NCBI GenBank assembly: GCA_963668175.1
Contig: OY764159.1
Location: 1,280,001-1,344,000, forward strand
DNA: 64,000 nt
Origin: Syntrophales bacterium
GTDB taxonomy: Bacteria > Desulfobacterota > Syntrophia > Syntrophales > PHBD01
Direction of reading: 5' to 3'
The position numbers and the translations under genes are program-made. The notes beneath the pieces were generated by a model that was not told the DNA's origin, searched no databases, and saw nothing but the letters and a program-made list of their open reading frames with translations. How positions within the stretch are numbered: position 1 is the first letter of the stretch; each line of letters opens with the position of its first letter. Of the stretch, positions 10,881 to 20,064 are shown in pieces.

Positions 10881-12491
10881 TCACAAACGAGGCGTTTCCT
10901 GCGGCGCGAGACGTCCGGCGAGACGTGATGTGATCGCAGTCAGGGCCTCGTTCATCGAATGTTCCCGCCTCTGGGACGTACGGATGACGATGTAGACATC
11001 GTCTCCCAACTCGGAAATCTTCTCGAAGCTTTGCTTCTGGTCCCGGTAAATCTCCCAACGGCCGTCGGAGGCCTCCCCCTTCTTCAGCATTCGGGCTTCA
11101 AGCCTGGCCTTGACTTCCTCGTCGGGGCAAGTGCATTCGATGACAAAGAAATCGACTCCTATCCGCCGTGCCAGTTCTGCGGCGTTTTTTCTCTCCTCCC
11201 TTCTTTTGAACGATGCGTCGACGATGACGGACCGGCCCTCTTTCAGCTTCTCTTCGGCGATCTCCAGGGCTTTTTTATAGGTTCGGGCGGACATGTCGTC
11301 GGCGTAGATACCTTTGCCGAATCCCTCGAAATGACGCTCTTCCGGCCGGATGTTGAGAAGTTCCTTGCGAAGCACGTCGGTCCGGATGATGTCGGCGCCC
11401 AGGCGGGGACCGATGTTCCTGGCCAGGAGGCTTTTTCCCGTACCGATGAGGCCGCAGGTCAGAATCAGCACCGGTTTTTCCGGCCTGGCGGCGCAGGTAT
11501 AGGCCAGATCGAAATAGCTGGCCGCTGTTTTCTGCGCGGCCTCGCGATCTTCCTGGGGAATGACTTTGTCGTCCATGCGAAAGCCGATCACCTTGCCCCG
11601 GACATAGGCGTAATAGCACTTATAAAAGTTCAACAGGGTGCGGATTTCCGGGTCGCCGGAATAACCGATATAGGCCTGGACGAAGGCCTCCCCCCACTCG
11701 GAATAGCCGTTGTAATCCAGGTCCATGGAGAGGAAGGAAACCTCCGCCGCCACATCCTCGTAACGGAACCGCTCGTTGAATTCGATGCAGTCGAAGATGA
11801 CGATGGTGTCTGCCATGTGGCAGATATGTTCCAGGTGGAGATCGCCGTGGCAGTCCCTGATCCGGTGCTCCGCGGTCCGCCGGCGGAACAGCTCTTCCCT
11901 GTCGGTAAGGAAACGGGTTACGTAGTTTTTGATGAATGCAAATTGGTAGCCCGGGATGCTGCGGTCGATATAGGGCTCCGTCTGGCTGAAATTCTCGTCG
12001 TGGTTCATCCGGATCGTCTCCAGGCTGCCGATCTGGTCGATCTGGCCTCCCGTCTCCGCCTGCCGATGAAAGTCGGCCAGCTTTCGGGCCACCTTGTCCA
12101 TGATGGAAACGTCAGTCTCTTTGAGAACGATCAGCCGTTTGAGCATTCCCTCTTCGGGAATCCGCTTCATCCGCACGGCATACTCGACGATGCGCGTACC
12201 TTGTCCCATGAAGAGCTTACCCGCGTCGTCTTCGCATATCTCGACGACATCGAGGTAGATTTCCGGGGCGAGTCTCCTGTTCAGCCGGAGTTCTTCGAGG
12301 CAGAAATGGCGGCGTTTCTCCAGGCTCGTGAAATCCAGAAATCCGAAATCGACGGATTTTTTTATCTTGTAGACCAAATCGTCCGCTATGAAGATAAAGG
12401 AGATGTGGGTCTGCAGAACCGTTACGCTCGCGGGCCTGTGGGGATAGAAATCGCTGCGGCCCATGGCGGCAATCAGGTTTTCATGTGTCAT
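10881..12491 (-). CDS. Aminoglycoside-phosphotransferase-like plus AAA_33 P-loop kinase fusion
   Basis: QTHIS, EELRLNRRLAP, HGDLHL, FDCIEFN; C-terminal GLIGTGKS and DVLRK. Confidence 0.88.
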   Translation of the reverse strand: MTHENLIAAMGRSDFYPHRPASVTVLQTHISFIFIADDLVYKIKKSVDFGFLDFTSLEKRRHFCLEELRLNRRLAPEIYLDVVEICEDDAGKLFMGQGTRIVEYAVRMKRIPEEGMLKRLIVLKETDVSIMDKVARKLADFHRQAETGGQIDQIGSLETIRMNHDENFSQTEPYIDRSIPGYQFAFIKNYVTRFLTDREELFRRRTAEHRIRDCHGDLHLEHICHMADTIVIFDCIEFNERFRYEDVAAEVSFLSMDLDYNGYSEWGEAFVQAYIGYSGDPEIRTLLNFYKCYYAYVRGKVIGFRMDDKVIPQEDREAAQKTAASYFDLAYTCAARPEKPVLILTCGLIGTGKSLLARNIGPRLGADIIRTDVLRKELLNIRPEERHFEGFGKGIYADDMSARTYKKALEIAEEKLKEGRSVIVDASFKRREERKNAAELARRIGVDFFVIECTCPDEEVKARLEARMLKKGEASDGRWEIYRDQKQSFEKISELGDDVYIVIRTSQRREHSMNEALTAITSRLAGRLAPQETPRL

Positions 12492-12542
12492 GACTTGTGT
12501 CCTTTTTTCGCTCTTGCGTGATTCGCCCCGGGTGCGATGTCG

Positions 12543-14249
12543 TCAGCGGCCCCGGAACTGGAGCGCGACATGCTCCAGTTCCTCATAGTGGTTGCCGGTG
12601 GTCATATAGAGATAACCGACAAGATTCGGTATATTCTTCAAGCCTTCAGCTCGTTTCCTGGCGGCATATGATGGGGCTTCGACGCAGACGGTTGCGATTT
12701 GGCTCAGCTTCTTGTCGGCGAACCATCTAAGGCTGTCGGTATATCTCGGCGTCTGGTTCCAGTTCACGATGACGGTATCCGGAGAGAGTCCTTCCCACGA
12801 ATCGGCAAGCGGTCCGTTGACAAGGTAATAATGGTCGACAGCATTCTGGAAGGGATCGAACATGTCCGACCAAGCAAGAATCTTCAATTGGGGATTCACT
12901 GTATGGACGGTCCGGATGGACCTGGCGACGTGGTCCGCGAGCATTCTGCCCGGGCTGAGGTTTCTGGCGCGGCAGCTTTCGCACCAGCCTGCCACCCTGA
13001 TATCGCTGTAACTCAGGAAGATGCCGGCAGGCTTCATCTTCTGTTCGATATCCTCGATGTCTTTCTTGATCAGTGTATGGACTTTTTCATCCGATAGACA
13101 AGCGGAAAGCTTTCCCTTGCCGACCGTCACGGCATGATAGTAACTGACCTTCAGAACCTGTCCTTCCCGGATTTTGGAGCCGGGGAGAATCTTGAAGGCA
13201 GGGGGTTGGTGGTAGGGCAAGAAGGTCCCGTTGATATTCAGCTTTTCATCGCGGACGACGTCGTAATCCTTGCCTTCCCTGTAAAGATAACCGTCTTCGC
13301 CTTTAACGGTCAGAGGGCACCCGGTGCGGCGCAGCACGTTGAGCAGGCCGACCTCCTCGAAGGTAACGTCGTCGATCCAGACCTTGCCGTCTTTGCCTGC
13401 GGTGATGCCGAAATCCAGTCGGATTTTCCGGCTGTTCTGGCTGTTGAAGATCGTGTGATACTGGACCCATTCCTGGTTTTTCTTCACTTCCCATTCCGAC
13501 AGGGCGAGGGATTGGCCCGATGAGGACAGGACCGTGTGGCGGATCTTATCGGGGGCGTCGAGGTTTTCCGTCTTGATCCAGGCGGAAAGGTGATATTGGC
13601 GATAGGGCGAAACGTCAACACTCTGGGAGAGAAGATCATAAACCGTTTTTGCCGCGTTTTTCCCTGCAACGTTCACGCGGAGCGATTGCAGTCCCCCGTG
13701 CTTGATGGAACGGTCAATTGCGGTTATCTGGCCCGGTTTGTCGCGGTTTTCCCATCCGGCCACCTTGTTGCCCTGGGACTGTTCGAAGTCCCCGCCCCGG
13801 AGATGAACGGCCTGATCGGCCAGGAGATCGGCCTGGCCTTTTCTGACTATAAACGGAGCGTTGCGGACCGGCATACCTTCGGCAAGGTTCGGGTCGTGAA
13901 ACAGGATGCCATGTGCCTGATTGACGGCACTGACCATGGGGAAAAGCTGAAGATGAAGCTGAATCGCCGCTTTTTTTACGACGGCGACGTTCTTGAGATA
14001 TTTCTCGGAGGCCTTATCCAGGGTTTGCAGATGCCAGTCGGCGAGGACGATACCATTGTACCCCGCGGCCTGGGCGCGCCGCATGACGTCGAGGAGATTC
14101 TGGACTTCCGTATCGACGGTAAGATTATGACTTGCGTAAACCAAGCGATACGGAAGCTCGGGACCGATGGTATCGGCCGATACCGATGCCGATAGGACGA
14201 AAAAGACAAGCAAAGAAAAAATTATATTTATGCGTGCAATTTTAATCAT
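12543..14249 (-). CDS. Secreted protein with a CBM-like jelly-roll domain inserted in a glycoside-hydrolase-like barrel
   Basis: Signal peptide; GGDFE...W...SLRV...YHLSAWIKT...VWIDDV CBM-like pattern; WSDMFDP and VIVNW in the C-terminal part. Confidence 0.6.
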   Translation of the reverse strand: MIKIARINIIFSLLVFFVLSASVSADTIGPELPYRLVYASHNLTVDTEVQNLLDVMRRAQAAGYNGIVLADWHLQTLDKASEKYLKNVAVVKKAAIQLHLQLFPMVSAVNQAHGILFHDPNLAEGMPVRNAPFIVRKGQADLLADQAVHLRGGDFEQSQGNKVAGWENRDKPGQITAIDRSIKHGGLQSLRVNVAGKNAAKTVYDLLSQSVDVSPYRQYHLSAWIKTENLDAPDKIRHTVLSSSGQSLALSEWEVKKNQEWVQYHTIFNSQNSRKIRLDFGITAGKDGKVWIDDVTFEEVGLLNVLRRTGCPLTVKGEDGYLYREGKDYDVVRDEKLNINGTFLPYHQPPAFKILPGSKIREGQVLKVSYYHAVTVGKGKLSACLSDEKVHTLIKKDIEDIEQKMKPAGIFLSYSDIRVAGWCESCRARNLSPGRMLADHVARSIRTVHTVNPQLKILAWSDMFDPFQNAVDHYYLVNGPLADSWEGLSPDTVIVNWNQTPRYTDSLRWFADKKLSQIATVCVEAPSYAARKRAEGLKNIPNLVGYLYMTTGNHYEELEHVALQFRGR

Positions 14250-14596
14250 TTATCATGCCACTAGCCGTTCATTCAAGCTTTCATAGCAGATTGGCGGCAA
14301 TTTTACCATAGCAATCATGGTGCAATGATGCGCCAGTATTGGATATAATCCCGAAAGAATCAACATGTCCGATTTGCCGTCGTTTTCCACAGTCTTCCCG
14401 ACCGCTTGCGGTTTCTGTTTGTATCGCTTTGTTTTTTGAAAAATAATCGCCGATGACAGGGTCGACGTCCGATTGTTTTCTGGGCGTCGGATGGGCTATA
14501 CAATCCCGGTGATGACAGATGTATATATTTGCATTATGTGTAAGTATGGAAAATCAAGACTCTTCGTGTAAAGACGCGCTCCTGTAAAAAATAATT

Positions 14597-14623
14597 TAAG
14601 TTTTTTTCCGTTTTTGTCGATAA
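14597..14623 (+). promoter_or_regulatory. Sigma-28 (FliA)-type promoter
   Basis: TAAG-N15-GTCGATAA versus consensus TAAA-N15-GCCGATAA, ~80 nt upstream of the 14702 ORF. Confidence 0.65.
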
Positions 14624-14701
14624 AAAGACGGGGGGAAGTATAAATGAACGATAATGCCTCGTAGAAAAGTGGTATTTCGTTCGTAAAATCGGTAATTTGG
14701 C

Positions 14702-15127
14702 ATGAGTATGCAGGCTATCAGCAACATGGCGGTCGGTACGCCGTACGTCAGTTCCGGCGCGGGAGATGCCGCCGGGAGTATAACGGCGGAGTCCGTAATG
14801 TCATCAGGCATGCCTGCAGCGTTTGCTCAGGGGCAGGCCGATTTTGTCGATATCCGGCAAGCCAGAGGAGAAGGAAAAGGGGCACGGGAGGCAACCGATG
14901 CAGGCGATGAAAGGCGGTCGCTAAACGGCAAATCTCCCGGCCGGGGGTCGGAAAATTCTGTAGTCATTACATATAATCAGCTGGCCCGCGAATCCGTCGT
15001 CAAGTATCTCGATGAGGAAGGCAACGTCGTTTCCCAGTCGCCTCCACAGATGTATTTGAAGACGATGGAATCGAGCAGCTCCAAAGCCGGTGAACAAACG
15101 GGGACGCTGCTGAACGAAGTGGCCTAG
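14702..15127 (+). CDS. Hypothetical protein with FlaG-like C-terminal domain
   Basis: VVKYLDEEGNVVSQSPPQMYL resembles the FlaG VVxVxDxxxxEVIRQIPPE motif; start codon uncertain. Confidence 0.55.
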   Translation: MSMQAISNMAVGTPYVSSGAGDAAGSITAESVMSSGMPAAFAQGQADFVDIRQARGEGKGAREATDAGDERRSLNGKSPGRGSENSVVITYNQLARESVVKYLDEEGNVVSQSPPQMYLKTMESSSSKAGEQTGTLLNEVA

Positions 15128-15158
15128 CATAGTTGGAGCATTAAGGAGGTTCAGGATC

Positions 15159-15479
15159 ATGGTCGAAGCGGTAGGTAACAATAACGGCGCCTATAGTGTC
15201 GATGCACAGGACAGGATCAGGGCCGGTGTGGCAACGGAAGGCCAGAACAACCGTCAGCCCTCGACGACGGCGGCGGAAGTTCAGAGTCCGAAGAAACAGG
15301 CCGATACAGTGACGATTTCCCAGGAGGCCGTTGCGGCTCAGCAGGGTGCCGTCCAGACCGCTCCTGAACAGGCGCGAATAGCATCGATGGAGGAAGCCCA
15401 GAGTACGGCAGCCCAGGGGACCGCCAAGAGCAGCAATCCCATGGAAGCCGTCGCCCAGGCTTACGGCGTATCGAAGTAA
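15159..15479 (+). CDS. Small low-complexity hypothetical protein with DxVxIS motif
   Basis: Strong AAGGAGG RBS; DTVTISQEA motif; Ala/Gln-rich. Confidence 0.7.
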   Translation: MVEAVGNNNGAYSVDAQDRIRAGVATEGQNNRQPSTTAAEVQSPKKQADTVTISQEAVAAQQGAVQTAPEQARIASMEEAQSTAAQGTAKSSNPMEAVAQAYGVSK

Positions 15480-15488
15480 GTGAAATTT

Positions 15489-15520
15489 CCCGGTCCGTTA
15501 CCGGGTTGTAATGGATCGGG
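15489..15520 (+). other. Stem-loop after the 15159 gene
   Basis: CCCGGTCCGTTAC / GTAATGGATCGGG, 13-bp stem with G-U pairs; no U tract. Confidence 0.55.
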
Positions 15521-15538
15521 CAGCGCTGTACGGATAGA

Positions 15539-15683
15539 ATCTGCGGTGCCCGTTACGAATCATGGAGCTGGAATCGAACACGAAAATCATCGCAGGGTCC
15601 TAAGTGGTGAAGATCACCCTCATGAAGGACCAAGATTTATCAAAAGTGATTCTCCAGTCTTCTGACAAACGGCATCCGCGGAT
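15539..15683 (+). ncRNA. Candidate 6S-like rod-shaped RNA with short apical arm
   Basis: Nested stems ATCTGCGGTGCCCGTT/AACGGCATCCGCGGAT, GAATC/GATTC, central A-rich bubble, GGTCCT/AGGACC and GGTGA/TCACC; followed by a terminator-like hairpin. Confidence 0.5.
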
Positions 15684-15692
15684 CCATTATTT

Positions 15693-15730
15693 GCCCCCCC
15701 ATAGGTTATCGGCCGTGGGGGGCGATTTTT
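15693..15730 (+). terminator. Putative intrinsic terminator
   Basis: GCCCCCC...GGGGGGC stem followed by GATTTTT. Confidence 0.55.
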
Positions 15731-15742
15731 AGGGGTTGAACG

Positions 15743-15931
15743 ATGGTGAGCTCGATATCCGGTACCGGGGCGGCGCAGGTTGCGATGGTGACCCAGGCCC
15801 AGCGGGAGATCATAGCCGCTCTTGCCATGCAGCAGGCGATGGAGCAGAAACTCGCCGTCGCGGCAATAGGGGGCGGCGGACAGGGAACCCGTTTGGCGGA
15901 AGCAGGCGCCCTGGTCGATGTCATGGCGTAG
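15743..15931 (+). CDS. Small YjfB-like (putative motility) protein
   Basis: 62 aa; MxSSIS start, Gln/Ala helix and C-terminal GALVDVMA resemble YjfB-type proteins; AGGGG RBS. Confidence 0.55.
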   Translation: MVSSISGTGAAQVAMVTQAQREIIAALAMQQAMEQKLAVAAIGGGGQGTRLAEAGALVDVMA

Positions 15932-15937
15932 AAAAGA

Positions 15938-15975
15938 AGACCCCTTCTTCCCCGTCAAGCGGAAAGAAGGGGTTT
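15938..15975. terminator. Bidirectional terminator between convergent genes
   Basis: AGACCCCTTCTT / AAGAAGGGGTTT stem with A-rich and T-rich flanks. Confidence 0.75.
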
Positions 15976-15997
15976 GTTCGTCAATATACCATCCTTA

Positions 15998-16579
15998 CTA
16001 AAATTTAACCTTCGGGGCCGCCTTGGCTTCCTGGGGCGCTTCGAAAAGCGGTTTCTGCGCGAAACCGAACATCCCGGCCAGGATGTTGGCCGGAAAACTG
16101 CGTATCGCCACATTGTAAGCCTGGACTGCGTCGTTGTATCTCTTCCTTTCGACGGATATCCGGTTTTCCGTTCCCGCCAGTTCGTCCTGCAATCTCAGGA
16201 AATTCTGATTGGCCTTGAGTTCCGGGTATCTTTCCACGACGACCAGAAGCCGGCTTAAGGCGCTGCCCAGTTCGTTCTGGGCCTTCATCTGGTCCGCCTG
16301 GCTGGCATTGGCCATGCCGCCGACCTTGGCCCTCGCGTTTGTCACCTGGATCAGCGTTTCCTGTTCGAACTTGGCGTAGCCTTTCACCGTCTCCACGAGA
16401 TTGGGGATAAGGTCGTACCGCCTCTGTAACTGGTTTTCCACCTGGGCCCATGACGTCTTGGCCGCTTCGTCCAGCGAGACGAAACGGTTGTAATTTCCCT
16501 TGAAGAATCCGTAGAGGGAAACCAGGATGAGCAAGACGACGCCCACGGCAACCAACAGCACCATTTTTCCTTTTGACAT
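15998..16579 (-). CDS. lemA: LemA family protein
   Basis: N-terminal TM, WAQVENQLQRRYDLIPNLVETVKGYA, YPELKANQNF, ENRISVER; GGAGG RBS. Confidence 0.95.
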   Translation of the reverse strand: MSKGKMVLLVAVGVVLLILVSLYGFFKGNYNRFVSLDEAAKTSWAQVENQLQRRYDLIPNLVETVKGYAKFEQETLIQVTNARAKVGGMANASQADQMKAQNELGSALSRLLVVVERYPELKANQNFLRLQDELAGTENRISVERKRYNDAVQAYNVAIRSFPANILAGMFGFAQKPLFEAPQEAKAAPKVKF

Positions 16580-16627
16580 TCCTAACCTCCTCCATTGAGA
16601 GATAATCATTGTAAAATAATAAATAGC

Positions 16628-17359
16628 TTATACGTCCATGGCATCCACATAGAGGCAAAGATCGCTTACGGCCTTCAGATAATCGTCGAAGATCGCCTGG
16701 ACCTCCGCCCGCGTGAAACGGTCCGTTTCTTCTTTGATATCGTTACACTTTAAGAACACGTCGGGATTCAGCTTCAGCAACTTGGCCGCCGCCTCGATGA
16801 CATCGCGGCGGGATCCGGGGACATCCTGACCCTTAAGATACAGGAGGGCTTTGAAGGAGGCAACAAAGGCGTTGATGGAAACGCCGATAAGACCGCGGAC
16901 CCGCTTCGGCATCCCCTCCGTTTCGAGGAAACCGCTTCGCAAATGCAGAAGTTTGCCCTTCAATTCCCGCTCGATCTGCAGCCGCAGGTATTTTGGATCG
17001 AACGCCAGTTCCGCCAGAACGTCTTCGCCGAAAATCGTCCTGTGGTTCTGCTTCATGTTAAGAAATTCCACCGGATAGGAATCGAGGGAAGCATCGAGAT
17101 ACGCCTTCGTCATGAAGAGAGGGGTCGCTACGTTGTGTTTGCGCCAGCGGCCGACCGGGTCGATGGCCTTGCGCAGTTGGCCGATACCGTGGTCGGTGAG
17201 GACGATGAGAAGATTGATGTCCGATTTGCCGGGGATGAAATCGGTGCCGGCCGCGCTGCCATAAAGGATGATGGCCGTCAAATCGTCGCCGAATGCCGCC
17301 TTGTAATCGCTCGTGATGCCCGCCAGGATGTCATCCGGATTGTCTGGTCGTTTTGCCAT
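16628..17359 (-). CDS. Nucleotidyltransferase-fold hypothetical protein
   Basis: ILYGSAAGTDFIPGKSDINLL (Pol-beta-type GS...SD), DSYPVEF; helical C-terminus. Confidence 0.7.
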   Translation of the reverse strand: MAKRPDNPDDILAGITSDYKAAFGDDLTAIILYGSAAGTDFIPGKSDINLLIVLTDHGIGQLRKAIDPVGRWRKHNVATPLFMTKAYLDASLDSYPVEFLNMKQNHRTIFGEDVLAELAFDPKYLRLQIERELKGKLLHLRSGFLETEGMPKRVRGLIGVSINAFVASFKALLYLKGQDVPGSRRDVIEAAAKLLKLNPDVFLKCNDIKEETDRFTRAEVQAIFDDYLKAVSDLCLYVDAMDV

Positions 17360-17375
17360 ATGCCCCAACCTTTCT

Positions 17376-18170
17376 TTAAAAATCGCGATCGGCGCCGCCT
17401 CCGCCGCTGTCGCCGCCGCCGAACCCTCCGAACCCGTCGCCGCCGAATCCTCCAAAACCGCCCCGGCCTCCGCCGCCTCGGCCGCTGAAAATCAGCAGGA
17501 GAAGCCAGGGCAGCATATCCCTCCCCTGGGGCGTCGCCATGAGGACGATGAAGGCAAGGACAATAAGGACGATGGTAACGATGTTGACCCTGCTTTTCTC
17601 TTTTTTTGTCCTCGGCAGCTCGACAGGGAAATTCCCCGTCAGCGTGACGTGCGCATCCTTCGCGATAACGGCGGCCACGGCGGCCTGCGTATTGTAAAGT
17701 CCCGCTGCGTAGTCACCGGTTCTGGCCGCCGGCATGAAGTTTTCGTCCAGAATCTCGCCGATGAGACCGTCGGGAAGGATGCCCTCGACCCCGTATCCTA
17801 TTTCAATCCGGACCTGCTTCTCCTTCATGGTCAGGAAGATCAGAACGCCCCTATCTTTTCCTTTCTCGCCGATGCCCCATTTCCGGAAAAGTTCGTTGGC
17901 ATAGCTTCGGGCATCGTTTTCACCGATGGAGGGCATGACGGCGACGACAATCGACGTTCCCGTTTTGTCGAGGACTTCACGGGAAAGACTCTCCATCTTG
18001 GTCTTTACGTCGGGGGTAATGATGTGTGCATAATCATTCACCGCCCCGCGGGGTGCGGGGAACTTTTCCGCAGCCGCGGCCGGGAAGATATAAAGAAAGG
18101 CGGCGATTCCCAGGAGGATTAGAATCAGGGCTGCCCGACCGCCTTTGCGCTTGTTTGCTGATCCGATCAT
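17376..18170 (-). CDS. TPM-domain membrane protein (YgcG-like)
   Basis: VNDYA, WGIGEKGKDRGVL, RIEIGYGVEGILPD; Gly-rich tail GGFGGGDSGGGGA; start approximate. Confidence 0.9.
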   Translation of the reverse strand: MIGSANKRKGGRAALILILLGIAAFLYIFPAAAAEKFPAPRGAVNDYAHIITPDVKTKMESLSREVLDKTGTSIVVAVMPSIGENDARSYANELFRKWGIGEKGKDRGVLIFLTMKEKQVRIEIGYGVEGILPDGLIGEILDENFMPAARTGDYAAGLYNTQAAVAAVIAKDAHVTLTGNFPVELPRTKKEKSRVNIVTIVLIVLAFIVLMATPQGRDMLPWLLLLIFSGRGGGGRGGFGGFGGDGFGGFGGGDSGGGGADRDF

Positions 18171-18421
18171 AGTCCGTTCCACACGAGCATTGCCCCTAAT
18201 CATATGCAATCGTGGGAAAAATCGCAATATGAATCTCAAGCATCTTCGGCATGTTGCCCGTCCACGGCCGGTGCTCATCCTCCCGCATCCGAGGCTGGAG
18301 GCGGAATTTGCAGAACAATACCGGTACCCGCTCGCCACGGGCGGGAACGTTGCGAGATGCGAGGTTGTGAAAGACCGGATTATATATTATTATGATACCT
18401 GACTGATGGAGGGAGGGGATT

Positions 18422-19969
18422 GTGGCGGGCGATTACCTGTTGGCTATCGACAACGGCACCCAGAGTGTCCGTGCGTTATTGTTCGATCTGAAAGGCAACC
18501 TGGAGGTCAAGTACCGGGTTCCGATCGAGCCCTATTTTTCGGAGCAACCCGGCTGGGCGGAACAGCATCCGCAATATTACTGGGACTCCCTTTGCCGGGC
18601 CTGCCAGGGCCTCTGGTCCATTACGGATATCCCCAAAAACAGGATCGCCGCCGTGGCCGTCACCACGCAGCGTTCGACGGTCATCAACCTCGACAAAAAA
18701 GGCAATGCCCTCAGGCCCGCTATCGTCTGGCTCGATCAGCGCCGTACGAACGGACTTAAACCCGTAGGCGGATTCTGGGGGCTCGGCTTCAGGCTGACCG
18801 GGATGACCGATACGGTGGCCTATCTCCAGGCGGAGGCGGAAGCCAACTGGCTCCGTGTTCACCAGCCCGACATCTGGAACAAAACGCATAAATATCTCCT
18901 GTTGTCGGGGTATCTGACCTATCGCCTGACGGGCCGCTACGTCGATTCCGTGAGCAGCCAGGTGGGCTACATTCCTTTTGATTACAAGGGACAGCGGTGG
19001 TCGTCGCCGCTGGACTGGAAGTGGCAGGCCGTCCCCGTGGACCCGTCGATGCTTCCCGAGCTGGTCCCCGCCGCTCAGCCCCTGGGGACGATCACCAGGG
19101 AGGCGGCGCGGATGACGGGCATACCCGAAGGAATGCCCCTGATCGCCGCCGCGGCGGACAAAGCCTGCGAGGTCATCGGCGCGGGCTGCCTGGAACCCCA
19201 TATCGGCTGCCTGAGTTACGGTACGACGGCCACGATCAATACAACGCACAGGAAGTATGTCGAGGCCATTCCGCTCATCCCGCCTTACCCGGCCGCCATC
19301 CCCGGGGCCTACAGCCTTGAGATCATGATTTATCGCGGTTACTGGATGGTCAGCTGGTTCAAGCAGGAATTCGCCGACCGGGAGCAGCGGATTGCCGAAG
19401 AGCAGGGCATAGAGCCGGAATTTCTCTTCGACGAACTGGTCCGCCAGGTCCCTCCCGGATCGCACGGGCTCATCCTGCAGCCCTACTGGTCGCCCGGCCT
19501 CAAATTGCCCGGTCCGGAGGCCAGGGGCGCCATCATCGGCTTCGGCGACGTCCACAACCGGGCGCATATCTATCGCGCCATCCTGGAAGGCCTCGCCTAT
19601 GCCCTGCGGGAAGGGAAAGAACGTTCCGAAAGAAGGAGCGGCGTGCCCATCACGGAACTCCGGGCGGCCGGCGGGGGATCGCAGAGCGATGCCGCCATGC
19701 AGATCACGGCGGACATTTTCGGCATGCCCGTGGCGCGGCCCCATGTTTACGAAACTTCCGGCCTCGGGGCAGCCATCGACGCCGCTGTGGGCGTGAAGCT
19801 CTTCCCCGATTTCGAGTCCGCCATCGGTGCCATGACGCACCGGGGCAAGGTATTCACGCCGGACGATAAGATGAAAGGTATCTACGACCGGCTGTATCGC
19901 AAGGTCTACCAGCAGATGTACCGGAAGCTGAAGCCGCTGTACGAGGAGATAAACCGGATCGTTTCCTGA
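18422..19969 (+). CDS. FGGY-family carbohydrate kinase
   Basis: [27 protein letters not shown] and GGGSQS motifs. Confidence 0.92.
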   Translation: MAGDYLLAIDNGTQSVRALLFDLKGNLEVKYRVPIEPYFSEQPGWAEQHPQYYWDSLCRACQGLWSITDIPKNRIAAVAVTTQRSTVINLDKKGNALRPAIVWLDQRRTNGLKPVGGFWGLGFRLTGMTDTVAYLQAEAEANWLRVHQPDIWNKTHKYLLLSGYLTYRLTGRYVDSVSSQVGYIPFDYKGQRWSSPLDWKWQAVPVDPSMLPELVPAAQPLGTITREAARMTGIPEGMPLIAAAADKACEVIGAGCLEPHIGCLSYGTTATINTTHRKYVEAIPLIPPYPAAIPGAYSLEIMIYRGYWMVSWFKQEFADREQRIAEEQGIEPEFLFDELVRQVPPGSHGLILQPYWSPGLKLPGPEARGAIIGFGDVHNRAHIYRAILEGLAYALREGKERSERRSGVPITELRAAGGGSQSDAAMQITADIFGMPVARPHVYETSGLGAAIDAAVGVKLFPDFESAIGAMTHRGKVFTPDDKMKGIYDRLYRKVYQQMYRKLKPLYEEINRIVS

Positions 19970-20064
19970 TGCCGCCGGGCACAAAGAGACGTCTGTCTTA
20001 AATAGTCCTTGTCTTTTGGCGGCAGTTGGATATAATCCAACACCTTGAAACAAAGGAGGAACCG

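Noticed and set aside
14698..14712. TGGCAT...TGCA as a sigma-54 promoter
   Set aside because: The spacing is GG-N9-GC rather than N10, and it overlaps the start codon.
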